64,000 bases of DNA from an uncultured Gemmatimonadales bacterium (GTDB lineage: Bacteria; Gemmatimonadota; Gemmatimonadetes; Gemmatimonadales; GWC2-71-9), in NCBI GenBank assembly GCA_963828735.1, contig CAWHFW010000002.1, forward strand, positions 928,001 to 992,000. Reading direction: 5' to 3'. This document shows, one piece after another, positions 48,887-59,045 of this stretch. Each line of letters begins with the position of its first letter. Position 1 is the first letter of the stretch. A program made the position numbers and the translations under genes. The notes below the pieces were generated by a model, which searched no databases, was not told where the DNA came from, and worked only from the letters and a program-made list of their open reading frames with translations.

Positions 48887-50815
48887 ATGTGCGGCATCGT
48901 AGCGATCTATCACCCCCACGGATGCGTCTCCGCCGAGGCGCTGGTCCGCGGGACCGCGCAACTCCACCATCGCGGACCCGATGGCCGGCGGCATTGGATC
49001 GCGCCGCACGGACGGGTGGGGTTGGGCCATGCCCGCCTCAGCATCATCGACCTGGTGACGGGCGATCAGCCCATCGCGAACGAGGACGGGCGGCGGCAGA
49101 TCGTTGTGAACGGTGAGTTCTACGACTTCGAGCGGATTCAGCGCGAGCTGGAACGCGCGGGACACCGGCTTCGGACCCGCTCGGACAGCGAGATCGCGCT
49201 CCACCTGTACGAGGACGTCGGTCCACACTGCCTTCACCAGCTCCGCGGCGAATACGCGTTCGTCCTGTGGGATGAGGCGCAGCAGCGGATCTTCGCGGCA
49301 CGCGACCGATTCGGGATCAAGCCGCTGTTCTTCGCGTGGCACGACGGCGCGCTCTACCTCGCGTCCGAGGTGAAGGCCCTGTTCGCGGCCGGCGTCCCGG
49401 CCAGATGGAATCGCGAGGGGTTATTCAATGCCACGGTCCTGGGTGGCCAGCCGACCGAGACGCTGTACGCCGGCGTATCGCAGCTGCCGCCGGGCCACTA
49501 CATGCTCGCCGGCCCGAATGGCATGCAGATTCACCGCTACTGGGACTTCGACTACCCGCTGGCGGCGGGTCCGGCCGTGTCGCGCTCGGACGACGAGTGG
49601 GCCGAGGAGTTTCGAGCGGCGCTCGAGAACGCGGTCCGGCTTCGGCTGCGCGCGGACGTGCCGGTGGGGTGCTATCTGAGCGGAGGGCTCGACTCCTGCG
49701 CCGTCCTCGGCTTCGCCGCTCGCCACGCGGCCGAGCCGATTCGTGCCTTCACGCTCGCGTTCGACCAGGTTGCCTATGACGAGGAGGCGATCGCGCGGGA
49801 AATGGCCGCCAGGGCCAACGCCGAGTTCTGTCCCATTCCCATACGGCAGGCCGACCTGGCGGACGACTTCGCCGACTCCACCTGGCACGCGGAGACGTTC
49901 TGCCTCAACGCCCACGGCGTCGCGAAGTACGCGCTGAGCCGAGCCGTACGGGACGCGGGCTACAAGGTGGTGCTCACCGGCGAAGGCTCCGACGAGATTC
50001 TGGCCGGCTACCCCCATTTCCGCCTGGACATGCTGCTGTACGACAGCGAAGGCCAGGAGCCGGCGGTCACCCGCTCGCTGATGGACCAGCTGGAGCAGAG
50101 CAATACCGTGTCACGTGGGCTGCTGCTCCCCGATGGCGAGGCTGCCTCGCTCGCCGGACTCCGGCGCGTCCTGGGATTCGTGCCGACCTGGATGGAGGCG
50201 GCCGCCGGCCGCATGCTCAAGATGCAGGGCCTGTGGGCGGACGACTTCCAGGCCGAGTTCGCGGAGCACGAGCCTTACCACGTGCTCCTTGGAAGCCTCG
50301 ATGTGCGCGCGCAACTGCACGGACGCGCGCCGGTGAACCAGGCGCTGTACCTGTGGGCCAAGACCGTCCTTCCGGGCTACATCCTGACCGTGCTTGGCGA
50401 TCGAATGGAGATGGCCCATTCGGTGGAGGGGCGGGTGCCGTTTCTGGACCACGAGGTGGTGGAGCTCCTTCGCTCCATGCCCGTGGGCCAGAAGATCCGT
50501 GGCATGACCGAGAAGTTCGTCCTGCGAGAGGCGGCCCGCCCGGTGCTGACAGACACGGTCTATCGCCGGCAGAAGCACCCGTTCCTGAGCCCGCCGGCGA
50601 CGCTCAACCCCAACGATCGTCTGCACGAGATGGTGCAGGACGCGCTCCGCGGCTCGAGCGTGCGACGGGTCCCGTTCCTCGATCAGACCAAGGTCGTCCG
50701 GATGCTCGACCGAGTCCCCGCGCTGCAGCCAGGGGAGCAGGTGGCCATCGACCAGATCCTGATGATACTGCTCAGCGCCTGCGTGCTGGGGGAGCGGTTC
50801 GCGCTGGCGGCGTGA
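48887..50815 (+). CDS. asnB: Asparagine synthase (glutamine-hydrolysing) family amidotransferase
   Basis: MCGI, HRGPD, ARDRFGIKPL, LSGGLDS, TGEGSDE and EGRVPFLD motifs. Confidence 0.95.
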   Translation: MCGIVAIYHPHGCVSAEALVRGTAQLHHRGPDGRRHWIAPHGRVGLGHARLSIIDLVTGDQPIANEDGRRQIVVNGEFYDFERIQRELERAGHRLRTRSDSEIALHLYEDVGPHCLHQLRGEYAFVLWDEAQQRIFAARDRFGIKPLFFAWHDGALYLASEVKALFAAGVPARWNREGLFNATVLGGQPTETLYAGVSQLPPGHYMLAGPNGMQIHRYWDFDYPLAAGPAVSRSDDEWAEEFRAALENAVRLRLRADVPVGCYLSGGLDSCAVLGFAARHAAEPIRAFTLAFDQVAYDEEAIAREMAARANAEFCPIPIRQADLADDFADSTWHAETFCLNAHGVAKYALSRAVRDAGYKVVLTGEGSDEILAGYPHFRLDMLLYDSEGQEPAVTRSLMDQLEQSNTVSRGLLLPDGEAASLAGLRRVLGFVPTWMEAAAGRMLKMQGLWADDFQAEFAEHEPYHVLLGSLDVRAQLHGRAPVNQALYLWAKTVLPGYILTVLGDRMEMAHSVEGRVPFLDHEVVELLRSMPVGQKIRGMTEKFVLREAARPVLTDTVYRRQKHPFLSPPATLNPNDRLHEMVQDALRGSSVRRVPFLDQTKVVRMLDRVPALQPGEQVAIDQILMILLSACVLGERFALAA

Positions 50816-50825
50816 ACGCCGGTTG

Positions 50826-52106
50826 CTACTCCTTCGCCCCCGACACCGCGATCCGGGCCAGGCGCAGCTCTCGACGCGCGTCGCCACCCAGCGTGTATGC
50901 CACCACGGCAATGCTGTCGGACACACGGACGATCTGGGGATAACTGCCTCCCTCGCTGCCGGGGACGGCGACCGCGGATGACCGTCGCCCCCCTCGCAGC
51001 TCCCTCACGCTGATCGCCCGCCTACCATCGGCGCTCGCGTCGAAGGCCGCGAGCACGGTATCTCCGGCGAGCACCGCGACGCTCCCGTGGACGGCGGGAA
51101 GCTTCGAGCCCTCCACGAGCGCCAGCGGTGCCACGGCGCTCCGGCCCGCGCCGTCGACCACCCCGTAGTAGAGGCCGGCCGTCTTCGATGCCCCCGTATA
51201 CCACACCACGTGGCGCCGGCCGTCCGCACTCACGCTCACGCTCGGGCCGTTGTGCGGGCAGCCGGCGTACACCCAGCCATCCCTGTGCACCCGCGATGGC
51301 GCGCCCGGCTCGGGCGCGACGGTCGCGGTGACCACGTCGCGCACGTTGCCGGGAAAGTGGTGCCGCCATGCCGCCACGACGCCGCCGTCGCCCGCGCGGG
51401 CCAGCGTGATACGGCAGCACGGGCACGCGCCTCCCCATGCGGCCTGATTCGGCTGCCAGGTGCGACCGAAGTCGGGCGAGCGCGCCAGGTAGACCGTCGC
51501 GTCCGCCTCGCTGGTCGAGTCCTTCGCCGTCGCGGCGCGGTCGTGGTGGTGGGCCATCGGCGTGCCGGCTCGCTCGTCGAGCCAGGCCGCGACGAGACCC
51601 GAGTCACCCGCCCACGCCGCACCCTGGAAGTTGTGGCCGACTGGCGCCGCGGTCGTGTCATCGTTGATCGTCACCGGGGCCAGCCAGGTCCGGCCGCCGT
51701 CGAGCGATCGCGCCACGCGGATGGTGCTCGCGGGCCACCGGCGACCGGCCACAGGCACGTCTCTCGGCCACACGACCGCGAGTCGCCCGCCGGGGCCGGC
51801 CACGAGCCGCGGAGAAGCCTCTCCGTGCGGCTTCACCTCCCCCGTGTCCGACGTCACGCGCACCGGGCGCGACCAGGCGTCGCCTCCATCCCGCGAACGT
51901 GAGAAGTAAAGCCGCCAACCGCTACCTTCGTCCCCAACCCAGGTGAGCAGCAGGTCGCCGCGCTCCGGATCGTTGGCGAGCGACGGGTCGGCCGAGGCCA
52001 CGTGATCCCGCGCGGGCGTGCCGGGAAGCGCGTGCACGCCTGGGCGCTCACCGCCGCACCCGAGGATGAGCAGGAGCGGGACGGCGTTCAGCTTCAGCGA
52101 GCCCAT
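50826..52106 (-). CDS. BNR/Asp-box (sialidase-like) lipoprotein
   Basis: Three SxDxGxxW Asp-boxes plus CPCCR and CPHNGP motifs. Confidence 0.85.
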   Translation of the reverse strand: MGSLKLNAVPLLLILGCGGERPGVHALPGTPARDHVASADPSLANDPERGDLLLTWVGDEGSGWRLYFSRSRDGGDAWSRPVRVTSDTGEVKPHGEASPRLVAGPGGRLAVVWPRDVPVAGRRWPASTIRVARSLDGGRTWLAPVTINDDTTAAPVGHNFQGAAWAGDSGLVAAWLDERAGTPMAHHHDRAATAKDSTSEADATVYLARSPDFGRTWQPNQAAWGGACPCCRITLARAGDGGVVAAWRHHFPGNVRDVVTATVAPEPGAPSRVHRDGWVYAGCPHNGPSVSVSADGRRHVVWYTGASKTAGLYYGVVDGAGRSAVAPLALVEGSKLPAVHGSVAVLAGDTVLAAFDASADGRRAISVRELRGGRRSSAVAVPGSEGGSYPQIVRVSDSIAVVAYTLGGDARRELRLARIAVSGAKE

Positions 52107-54379
52107 TGGAACCCTACGTAGAACGAACGCGCGTCGGCCGGCTCGAACGAGCGTCCGGTCGCGTTGTCCACCTGAACCGACGCCGCATATCGCGTGTCGG
52201 TCAGGTTCTGGCCCGCGGCGAAGGCCGTGACTCCGGCTCGGGCAATCGTGTACTCGGCCCGGAGCCCGACCGTGGCCCACCCGTCGTTTCTCGCGCTGTT
52301 CTCGCTGTTGAGCGCATACGAGCTCGGCACCCACTCGAGGGACGGCGTGACCGCGAGCCCCGACCGATGCTGCAGGCGGACCTGCGCCTGGAGGTGATGC
52401 CGCGGGGCGCCCGGAATGTCGTTGCCCTCGAAGGAGGGGTCCCCCACGAATCGGTAGCGCGCGAAGGTGTACGCCAGGCGCGCGACGCCAATGGGCAGAT
52501 CCACCTCTACGCCGCTCTCGATCCCGTAGTGCCGAGTGCGGGGGGCGTTCCGGTAGGTCGGCACGGTGAACGGTGCGCCCGCAAAGGGTGGGACGTTCAG
52601 GTTGAGGATCTCGTCCTCCAGCTCCACATCGTAGGCAGCAACGTCCCAGCGGACGCCCCGCGCGCCGCCGCGCACGCCGAGCTCCATCTGCCACGCACTC
52701 TGCGCGCGCAGGTCGATGAATCCCGGGACGCTCAGGCTGTTGAGCTCGAGAAGCAGAGGCGGCTCGGAGGAACGGCTCACGTTGCCGTAGACCTGCCCGC
52801 CGACCGTGGGTAGCGCATACAGCAGTCCGAGCTTCGGGAGCACGGCGTCGAAGACCCGGTGATCGGTCTGGTCGCCGTCGGCGAGATAGAAATCGTGGCT
52901 CTTCCGGATGGCGTGATCGATGCGCACGCCGAGCACGGCCGTCAGACGCGGCGTCACCGCGAGCGCGTTCTCGCCGTAGAAGGCGAGCCCGACGGCCTTG
53001 TCCTTCTGATCCTTCCGGAGCTCGCCGTGGGATCCGGCCAGGTTCTGGTACTGCCGGTTGTCCATGTCCAGCCAGGCGGGCTGGAACCCGAGCGTGAGCC
53101 GATTGGTGCGTCCGGAGAGCGCCGCCGAATTCTCGTAGCGGACCTCGGCGCCCCAGTCCCGGCTGTCCTGGCTGATCACCTGGAAGATGGGATGGTCGAT
53201 CGTGCGGAACTGGGCGTACGGGCTGATCTCGAGGCGCTGGTGGTCGCCCAGCTGCGAGCGAACCTGCACGCCCAGGTGGTGCAGGTCGTAATTGCGGCCC
53301 CAGTGGTCGGCGACGTTTCCCGGGTCGGCGGCGGTGGGGTTGGTGGCGAGTCCCTCGGCCGTGAGGGCGCCGGGCAGCTGCTCGGTCACGCGGGCGAAGA
53401 AGTAGAACGCGCGCAGGTCCGTCGCGGGAGAAAGGACGTATCCGACGTGCCCGTTGAACCGCGTCCGCCCCTGCTGGGCCCAGTCGCGGTATCCGTCGAG
53501 CGTGGTGCGGGCGACGCTACCGTACCAGTCGAGCTTTCCCGTGGTGCCGCCGGAGGCGACCTGCGTCTTGAAGAATCCGAAGCTGCCGCCCTCGGTCGTC
53601 ACCCCCACCGTCGGCGCGCTGTAGCCGGTGCGCGTCTCGAGGTTGATCGCGCCACCCATCGTGGAGCCGCCGTAGCGCAGGGCGTTTCCGCCCTTGTAGA
53701 CCTCGATGCTCTCGGTCGTGAGCAGCTCGAGCGACTCGAAATCGGTGAACCCGTCCGCGTTGCGGTAGGGCATCCCGTTGACCAGCAGGTTGACGCCGCG
53801 CGCGTGGAAGTTGTTGCGGAGCCCGGAGCCGCGGATGGAGATCTGGCTCTCATCGGCGGCGCCGAATCGCGGCTGGAGATACACGCCTGGCACAAAGCCG
53901 AGCACGTCCTTGAGGTTCGCCTGACGGGTTTCGCGAATTTGAGCCGATTCGACGAGCGCGACGCTCCCGGGGATGCGGTCCAGCCGGCTCCGACGCTCGT
54001 CCATGTCCTCCGGGGTCCCGATGACCGTAAGCTCCGCGAGCTCAGTGGTGGTCGGCCGCAGCGGGACGTTGACGACCGTCTCCTCGCCTGCGCGGACATC
54101 CACGGTCACGCGCGCGGGTGAGTACCCGAGGAGCTTGGCCGTGAGCTGCCAGCGGCCGGGCGCCGCGGAAATGCGAAATCGGCCGTCGGCGCCGGCCTGG
54201 AGGTTGAGCGCGCTTCCGTCCAGCGACACGAGCGCGCCGGGAAGCACGGAGTCGATCAACGCGGACCGAACGACTCCGGTAATCGTTCCTGAATCCTGCG
54301 CGTACAGCGCGCCGGCCCCGAGGAGGCCGGCAGCTATCAAGAGCACGGCGCGCACGGCGCGCCGAAGCGATTCGAGCAT
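52094..54379 (-). CDS. TonB-dependent receptor with an N-terminal carboxypeptidase-regulatory-like domain
   Basis: Signal peptide, plug motifs ISIRG and IEVYKG..YG..GGAIN, barrel end NLTD.RY..RSFYVGFQW. Confidence 0.95.
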   Translation of the reverse strand: MLESLRRAVRAVLLIAAGLLGAGALYAQDSGTITGVVRSALIDSVLPGALVSLDGSALNLQAGADGRFRISAAPGRWQLTAKLLGYSPARVTVDVRAGEETVVNVPLRPTTTELAELTVIGTPEDMDERRSRLDRIPGSVALVESAQIRETRQANLKDVLGFVPGVYLQPRFGAADESQISIRGSGLRNNFHARGVNLLVNGMPYRNADGFTDFESLELLTTESIEVYKGGNALRYGGSTMGGAINLETRTGYSAPTVGVTTEGGSFGFFKTQVASGGTTGKLDWYGSVARTTLDGYRDWAQQGRTRFNGHVGYVLSPATDLRAFYFFARVTEQLPGALTAEGLATNPTAADPGNVADHWGRNYDLHHLGVQVRSQLGDHQRLEISPYAQFRTIDHPIFQVISQDSRDWGAEVRYENSAALSGRTNRLTLGFQPAWLDMDNRQYQNLAGSHGELRKDQKDKAVGLAFYGENALAVTPRLTAVLGVRIDHAIRKSHDFYLADGDQTDHRVFDAVLPKLGLLYALPTVGGQVYGNVSRSSEPPLLLELNSLSVPGFIDLRAQSAWQMELGVRGGARGVRWDVAAYDVELEDEILNLNVPPFAGAPFTVPTYRNAPRTRHYGIESGVEVDLPIGVARLAYTFARYRFVGDPSFEGNDIPGAPRHHLQAQVRLQHRSGLAVTPSLEWVPSSYALNSENSARNDGWATVGLRAEYTIARAGVTAFAAGQNLTDTRYAASVQVDNATGRSFEPADARSFYVGFQWAR

Positions 54380-54463
54380 GGGATGTCCCGTCCATGGAGG
54401 TTCACGATCCGACAGCGGCGGACAGGCGCAACCGGCGCCGGTCCCGCTGGGAGTGTCGAAACG

Positions 54464-54844
54464 TCAGGACTGGACGGGAGGTGCGGTGGCTGGCGGGTGG
54501 AGGTCAGGCACACGTCCGGCCGTGAAGAGCGGCGACTCGGCGGGACGCGGCGTGGTGAGGCGGTAGGACGGGATAGGAGCGGCGACGGTGGGGACGGTCG
54601 GGTGCTGGATCGCCGTGGTGACCTGGCAGGAGCCGATGCAGCGGCACTCGCCCTGGTGCCCGGGATGCGCCGGAGCGCCATGTTCCTCGTGCTGCTCCCC
54701 ACCCTGCTCCGGTGCCATGGCGTGCTGGACGGCGGAGGCGCACGGGTGCAGCATCTTGATCGGCCAGCCCCCGAGACCGGGGGTGACGAGCAGGAGCAGC
54801 AGCGCCAGCAGACGGGAACGGCGGAATCGGCCCGGCATGGCCAT
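54464..54844 (-). CDS. DUF2946-like His/Cys-rich leader protein
   Basis: Signal/TM helix, HPC, His cluster, CRCIGSC and Pro-rich tail ending HPPATAPP. Directly upstream of the TonB receptor. Confidence 0.7.
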   Translation of the reverse strand: MAMPGRFRRSRLLALLLLLVTPGLGGWPIKMLHPCASAVQHAMAPEQGGEQHEEHGAPAHPGHQGECRCIGSCQVTTAIQHPTVPTVAAPIPSYRLTTPRPAESPLFTAGRVPDLHPPATAPPVQS

Positions 54845-54949
54845 AAAGTACCCTGACGAGGCCCCGGACGCATCTGGATCGCCTGACGCCCGGTACTGAG
54901 TCGCTCGCCGCCCGGCGGTCCTCACGATCCCGGCGGACCGTGCGCGGAG

Positions 54950-57900
54950 CTACGCATTCCCCTCGCGGGGCAGACTGAAGGCGACCGTCGCTCCGCCGCC
55001 GGCGTTGTTCGCCGCCCAAAGTCGGCCGCCATGCGCGTCCAGGATGGTGCGCGCGATCGACAGTCCCATGCCCAGCCCGTTCGGTTTCGTGGTATAGAAG
55101 GCGTCGAAGATCCGGTCGAGCCGATCGGACGGAATCCCGGCGCCTTCGTCGCTGACCGCGATCCCCACGTCGACGCCGTTGCCCATGGTTCGAATGGTGA
55201 GCCGGGGCTCCTTCCCGTTCCCGTCCTCCATGGCGTCGAGGGCGTTGAGGATGAGGTTGAGGACCACCTGCTGCAGATGAACGCGGTCACCGTGGACCGC
55301 TGGGAGCGCCGTGTCGAGCTCGAGCACGGTGCTCGCCCGGCGAAGCATGAGGTCGCCGTTCACCAGTCGGAGGACGTCGCGGACCAGGTCGTTCAGGTCG
55401 AGCGGCCGCAACTCGAGCTCGCCCTTCTTGAGCAGCGCCCGCATGCGCTGCACGATGTCGGCGGCTCGCCGGTCGTCCCTCCCGATGTCCGCCAGAATGT
55501 CGCCCAGATCGCCGAGGTCGGACGCGCCGGCCGCGAGCATCCGGCGCGCGGCGTACACATTTGCCAGGATCGCCGTCAGCGGCTGATTGAGCTCGTGCGC
55601 GATGGAGGCGGTGAGCTCGCCCATCGTGGCGACTCGCACCATGTGCGCGAGGTCGTTCCGGTTGCGCGTGGCCTCGAGCTCGGCTCGCTTCGATGCCGTG
55701 ACGTCGAGCGCCCTGATGACCGCACCACCCTCGCGCCTGGCCAGCCGCAGCACCCAGACTTCGACCCACTGAGGCTCGCCGTCCCCGAATTTGGGGTACG
55801 CGGCGGAGAACTGGTCCCGGCTCCCGTTCAGGACCGACGCCACTCCCTGATGCATCTCCGTCGCGTTGTCGCCCGTGTCGCAGAGCTGCCGGCACAGCTC
55901 CACGTAGTCGGTGCCGAGCTCCAGCCGGCGGAAGGGAGCCGACGGTTCCGGCGGGCCGTGCAGCCATCCGCCGCTCACCTTCACGACGCTTCCGTGGCGG
56001 TCGAGAATGGCGGTCGCCCCCGGGAGAGAGGCGAGCACGGCCGCGTTGAGCACTTCGGCTTGCCGCATCTCGCCCTCGGCCGTCTTTCGCGCCACCACGT
56101 TGGCGAACATCTCCCCCACCCAGCGGAGCCGAGGGATCGCGTCGTCCGGCCAGGAGCGCGGCGCGCCATACGCGAGGATCAGGGCGCCGAAGAGCTGGCC
56201 GCTCAGCGCGAGCGGGATCGCGAGGACCGCGGCAATGCCCTGGCGTTCAAAGTGTTCTCTGTCGGTGGCGGCCTCGGCCGGCAAGGCGTCCAGCAGCTCG
56301 ATCAGCACCGACTCTCCCCGCTGCAGGCGAGCCCAGGCGTACGGGAACTCGGTGTCCTGGAGAATGAGCGGCCGGGGGTCGGCCCCGCCGGCAGCCCAGG
56401 AGTACGACGGGCGTAACCTCATCTGTTGGGTCGCGAACACCTGCAGCGTGACCCGATCCGCTTCGAGAAACCTCCCCAGGTGACCGAGCCAACGTGGTAC
56501 GAGGGCCTCGGCCCGATCCTCGGGGGCGGTTGCGAAGGCCGCGACCAGCTCCGAGACCAGGCGCTCGAAGCGGAGGCGCTCCTCGACCTCCAGCTCGGCG
56601 CGGCGGCGCTCGGTGAGATCGATCACGATCGCGAGGCCGGTGTCCTCGCTCATCCGGCTCGCGCTCAGGAGGACAGGCACCCGCGTCCCGTCGCTCCGGA
56701 GATATTCCTTCTCGAACGGCACGCAGCTGCCGGAGCCGAACACTTCCTCCACCCCCCGCTGGTCGAGATGGGCCTGTTCCGCCGGCGTCAGGTCGTGGCA
56801 ATGCAGCGTCCCCGCCTCCAGCTCGCTCCGCGTGCGACCGATGAGCCGGAGATACGTCTCATTCGCCTCGATGACCTCTCCCCTGGTGTTCCAGAAGACC
56901 ATGGGCACGATGCCGGACTCGAACACGCCGCGGAAACGGATTTCGCTCTGTCGCAGCGCATCTTCCGCCTGCTTCGCCTTGGAGATGTCCCGGATGTACG
57001 CAACGAAATGGAGTGGTACACCCGCCTCGTCCGTCACCACTGAGCAATTCAGGTATCCCCACACGATGCCGCCGTCCTTGCGGACGTAGCGGCTCTCCCT
57101 GTCGAAGGACTTGAGCTCACCGCGGATGACGCGGAGGCATTGCCTCCAGGTGCTGTCCTGGTCGTCCGGGTGGGTCACGTCCTGGAAACGAAGCCCGAGC
57201 AACTCCTCCTCGGCATACCCCAGGAGACGGCACAGCGTCGGGGGCACCTTGAGCCATCGCCCGTCCAGGCCCACCTCCGTCACCATGACCAGTGAGAACC
57301 GCTCGGTGCGCGCCCGGCGGGCCTCGCTCGCCAGCAGCGCCTGGAACACTTTGCGCCGCTCGGTCACGACGGCGGCGAACACTTGGACCATGACCGCGAG
57401 GATGCCGGCAAACCACGCGACGACCCGCAGATCGGACGTCGGGCCGTGCAGGCTGAACGGACCTAGGCCGTGGGTCGTGCCCCACACGGCGGTCACCGTG
57501 ATGATCAGCACCAGGACGCTCACGGCCGTCTGGCCGAACCGGCTGGCCGCCCACACCGCGAGCGGCAGCAGAACGAACGGGTAATTCCACGGGTGGCCGT
57601 CGAATGGTCGTCCGAACACGATCCCGGAGCCGACGATGGTGATCGCCAACAACGCGCCGAGCTCGAGGACGCGGCCGGCCCCGGCCAATCGCCTGGGTCC
57701 CGACGCGAGCGAGAGGAGCGCCGGAGCCACGGCCACGACGCCAAGCGCGTCACCGACCCACCACATGCTCCAGAGGGACCCGTAGGTCTGGCTTCCCGCG
57801 GCACCTTGCGGCAGGAAGACCGCCGCGCCGATCGACGCCGCTACGGCGGGTCCCGCGCCGGCCCCCAGGATGAGCAGCAGCCAGACATCCCGCAGCCGGG

Positions 57901-58264
57901 CGAGTCTGTTGTCGAATCCCGCGCGCTCGAGGAGCAAGGCCGCGAGCAACGGCTCGAGGGTATTGGGCACGCAGGTCAGGGCACCGATGCCGACGCCGTG
58001 AGTCGTGAGACTCAGGACCGACGCCCCCAGCGCAATCGCGGGCCACAGATCGGTTCCGTACAGCAGGAGCACCGCGAGGGCGACGCCGCTGGCAGGCCAG
58101 AGCGGGCTCACGTTCCCCGCGACCGTCGCGAACAGGAGACCGAGTTGTCCGGCGAAGTAGTAGGCGAGCGCCACCATCAGCCAGCGGGCCAGGAGCGGGA
58201 GGCTCCCGGCACGCGTCTGCTCAGGGCGGGCGAGGAAGGATTCCTCGCGAAGATCAGTGGCCAC
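54950..58264 (-). CDS. MASE1-PAS-PAS-GAF-PAS sensor histidine kinase
   Basis: SPLWPASG and WWVGDALG (MASE1), THPDD PAS, IAHELNQPL and GLGMGL. Confidence 0.93.
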   Translation of the reverse strand: MATDLREESFLARPEQTRAGSLPLLARWLMVALAYYFAGQLGLLFATVAGNVSPLWPASGVALAVLLLYGTDLWPAIALGASVLSLTTHGVGIGALTCVPNTLEPLLAALLLERAGFDNRLARLRDVWLLLILGAGAGPAVAASIGAAVFLPQGAAGSQTYGSLWSMWWVGDALGVVAVAPALLSLASGPRRLAGAGRVLELGALLAITIVGSGIVFGRPFDGHPWNYPFVLLPLAVWAASRFGQTAVSVLVLIITVTAVWGTTHGLGPFSLHGPTSDLRVVAWFAGILAVMVQVFAAVVTERRKVFQALLASEARRARTERFSLVMVTEVGLDGRWLKVPPTLCRLLGYAEEELLGLRFQDVTHPDDQDSTWRQCLRVIRGELKSFDRESRYVRKDGGIVWGYLNCSVVTDEAGVPLHFVAYIRDISKAKQAEDALRQSEIRFRGVFESGIVPMVFWNTRGEVIEANETYLRLIGRTRSELEAGTLHCHDLTPAEQAHLDQRGVEEVFGSGSCVPFEKEYLRSDGTRVPVLLSASRMSEDTGLAIVIDLTERRRAELEVEERLRFERLVSELVAAFATAPEDRAEALVPRWLGHLGRFLEADRVTLQVFATQQMRLRPSYSWAAGGADPRPLILQDTEFPYAWARLQRGESVLIELLDALPAEAATDREHFERQGIAAVLAIPLALSGQLFGALILAYGAPRSWPDDAIPRLRWVGEMFANVVARKTAEGEMRQAEVLNAAVLASLPGATAILDRHGSVVKVSGGWLHGPPEPSAPFRRLELGTDYVELCRQLCDTGDNATEMHQGVASVLNGSRDQFSAAYPKFGDGEPQWVEVWVLRLARREGGAVIRALDVTASKRAELEATRNRNDLAHMVRVATMGELTASIAHELNQPLTAILANVYAARRMLAAGASDLGDLGDILADIGRDDRRAADIVQRMRALLKKGELELRPLDLNDLVRDVLRLVNGDLMLRRASTVLELDTALPAVHGDRVHLQQVVLNLILNALDAMEDGNGKEPRLTIRTMGNGVDVGIAVSDEGAGIPSDRLDRIFDAFYTTKPNGLGMGLSIARTILDAHGGRLWAANNAGGGATVAFSLPREGNA

Positions 58265-58552
58265 TGTTGGAGCTCTTAGCCATCACAGAGAGGATGGACG
58301 CAGTCCAGCACACCGGGATCGGGCGACATCGGTCGGCCTCGACATCCCGCGCATGCAGCGAAACGAACGGTCCGTGGAAGGAGCGGTCCAGGAAGTCTCC
58401 CCTAGATGTGCCGATTGTCAAGCGGGCAGGGATGGGCGGGAGGGGGCCACGGATTGGCATCTAGCGGCGCCCCTCCCTGACAGTAGTTTCTCGCCGGTGA
58501 CATCGTCCGTCGTGGCGGAAGCGCTGGCTGCCACCCTGTCCCGGAGGCGCTC

Positions 58553-58969
58553 ATGCCAGATCATCCGCGGGTCGGCATCATTCTGGTGGTCGACGACCAG
58601 GAGGGCGTCCGGGCCATTCTGCGGCGCGAGCTGAGCGATCGGGGTCATACGGTGCTGGAAGCAGCGGACGGGGCGGAAGCGCTTCACCTCGTGCGCCGCC
58701 GCAACGGTGCCGTCGATCTGATCCTGAGCGACGTGGTGATGCCGCAGATGAACGGCACCGAGCTCGCCACGCACATCGGCGTCGAGTTTCCCGACGTGCC
58801 CGTGGTTCTCATGTCCGCGTTCACGCCGGCCGGTGTGGCGCGCGTGGGGATCGGCGAGAGCCTGGTTCCCGTCCTGCAGAAGCCGTTCGAGCCCACCCAG
58901 CTCGCCGAGCTGGTCCAGCTCGCGCTGGAGCATCCGGTGCCTCACCACGGCGGGACACGCGCCCGCTGA
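58553..58969 (+). CDS. Single-domain response regulator (receiver)
   Basis: ILVVDDQ, ILSDVVMPQMNG, LMSA and LQKPF motifs. Confidence 0.92.
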   Translation: MPDHPRVGIILVVDDQEGVRAILRRELSDRGHTVLEAADGAEALHLVRRRNGAVDLILSDVVMPQMNGTELATHIGVEFPDVPVVLMSAFTPAGVARVGIGESLVPVLQKPFEPTQLAELVQLALEHPVPHHGGTRAR

Positions 58970-59045
58970 TTGACGTCGGGCGCGCCCTTGGCGAGGCGTA
59001 AGGGTCCCGGTATATCTCACACGCATATTCCGCCTGGAGGCACTC

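Noticed and set aside
48887..50815. Lasso peptide cyclase / RiPP cluster
   Set aside because: It has an intact N-terminal Cys glutaminase domain, and no B protein, RRE or precursor is seen.
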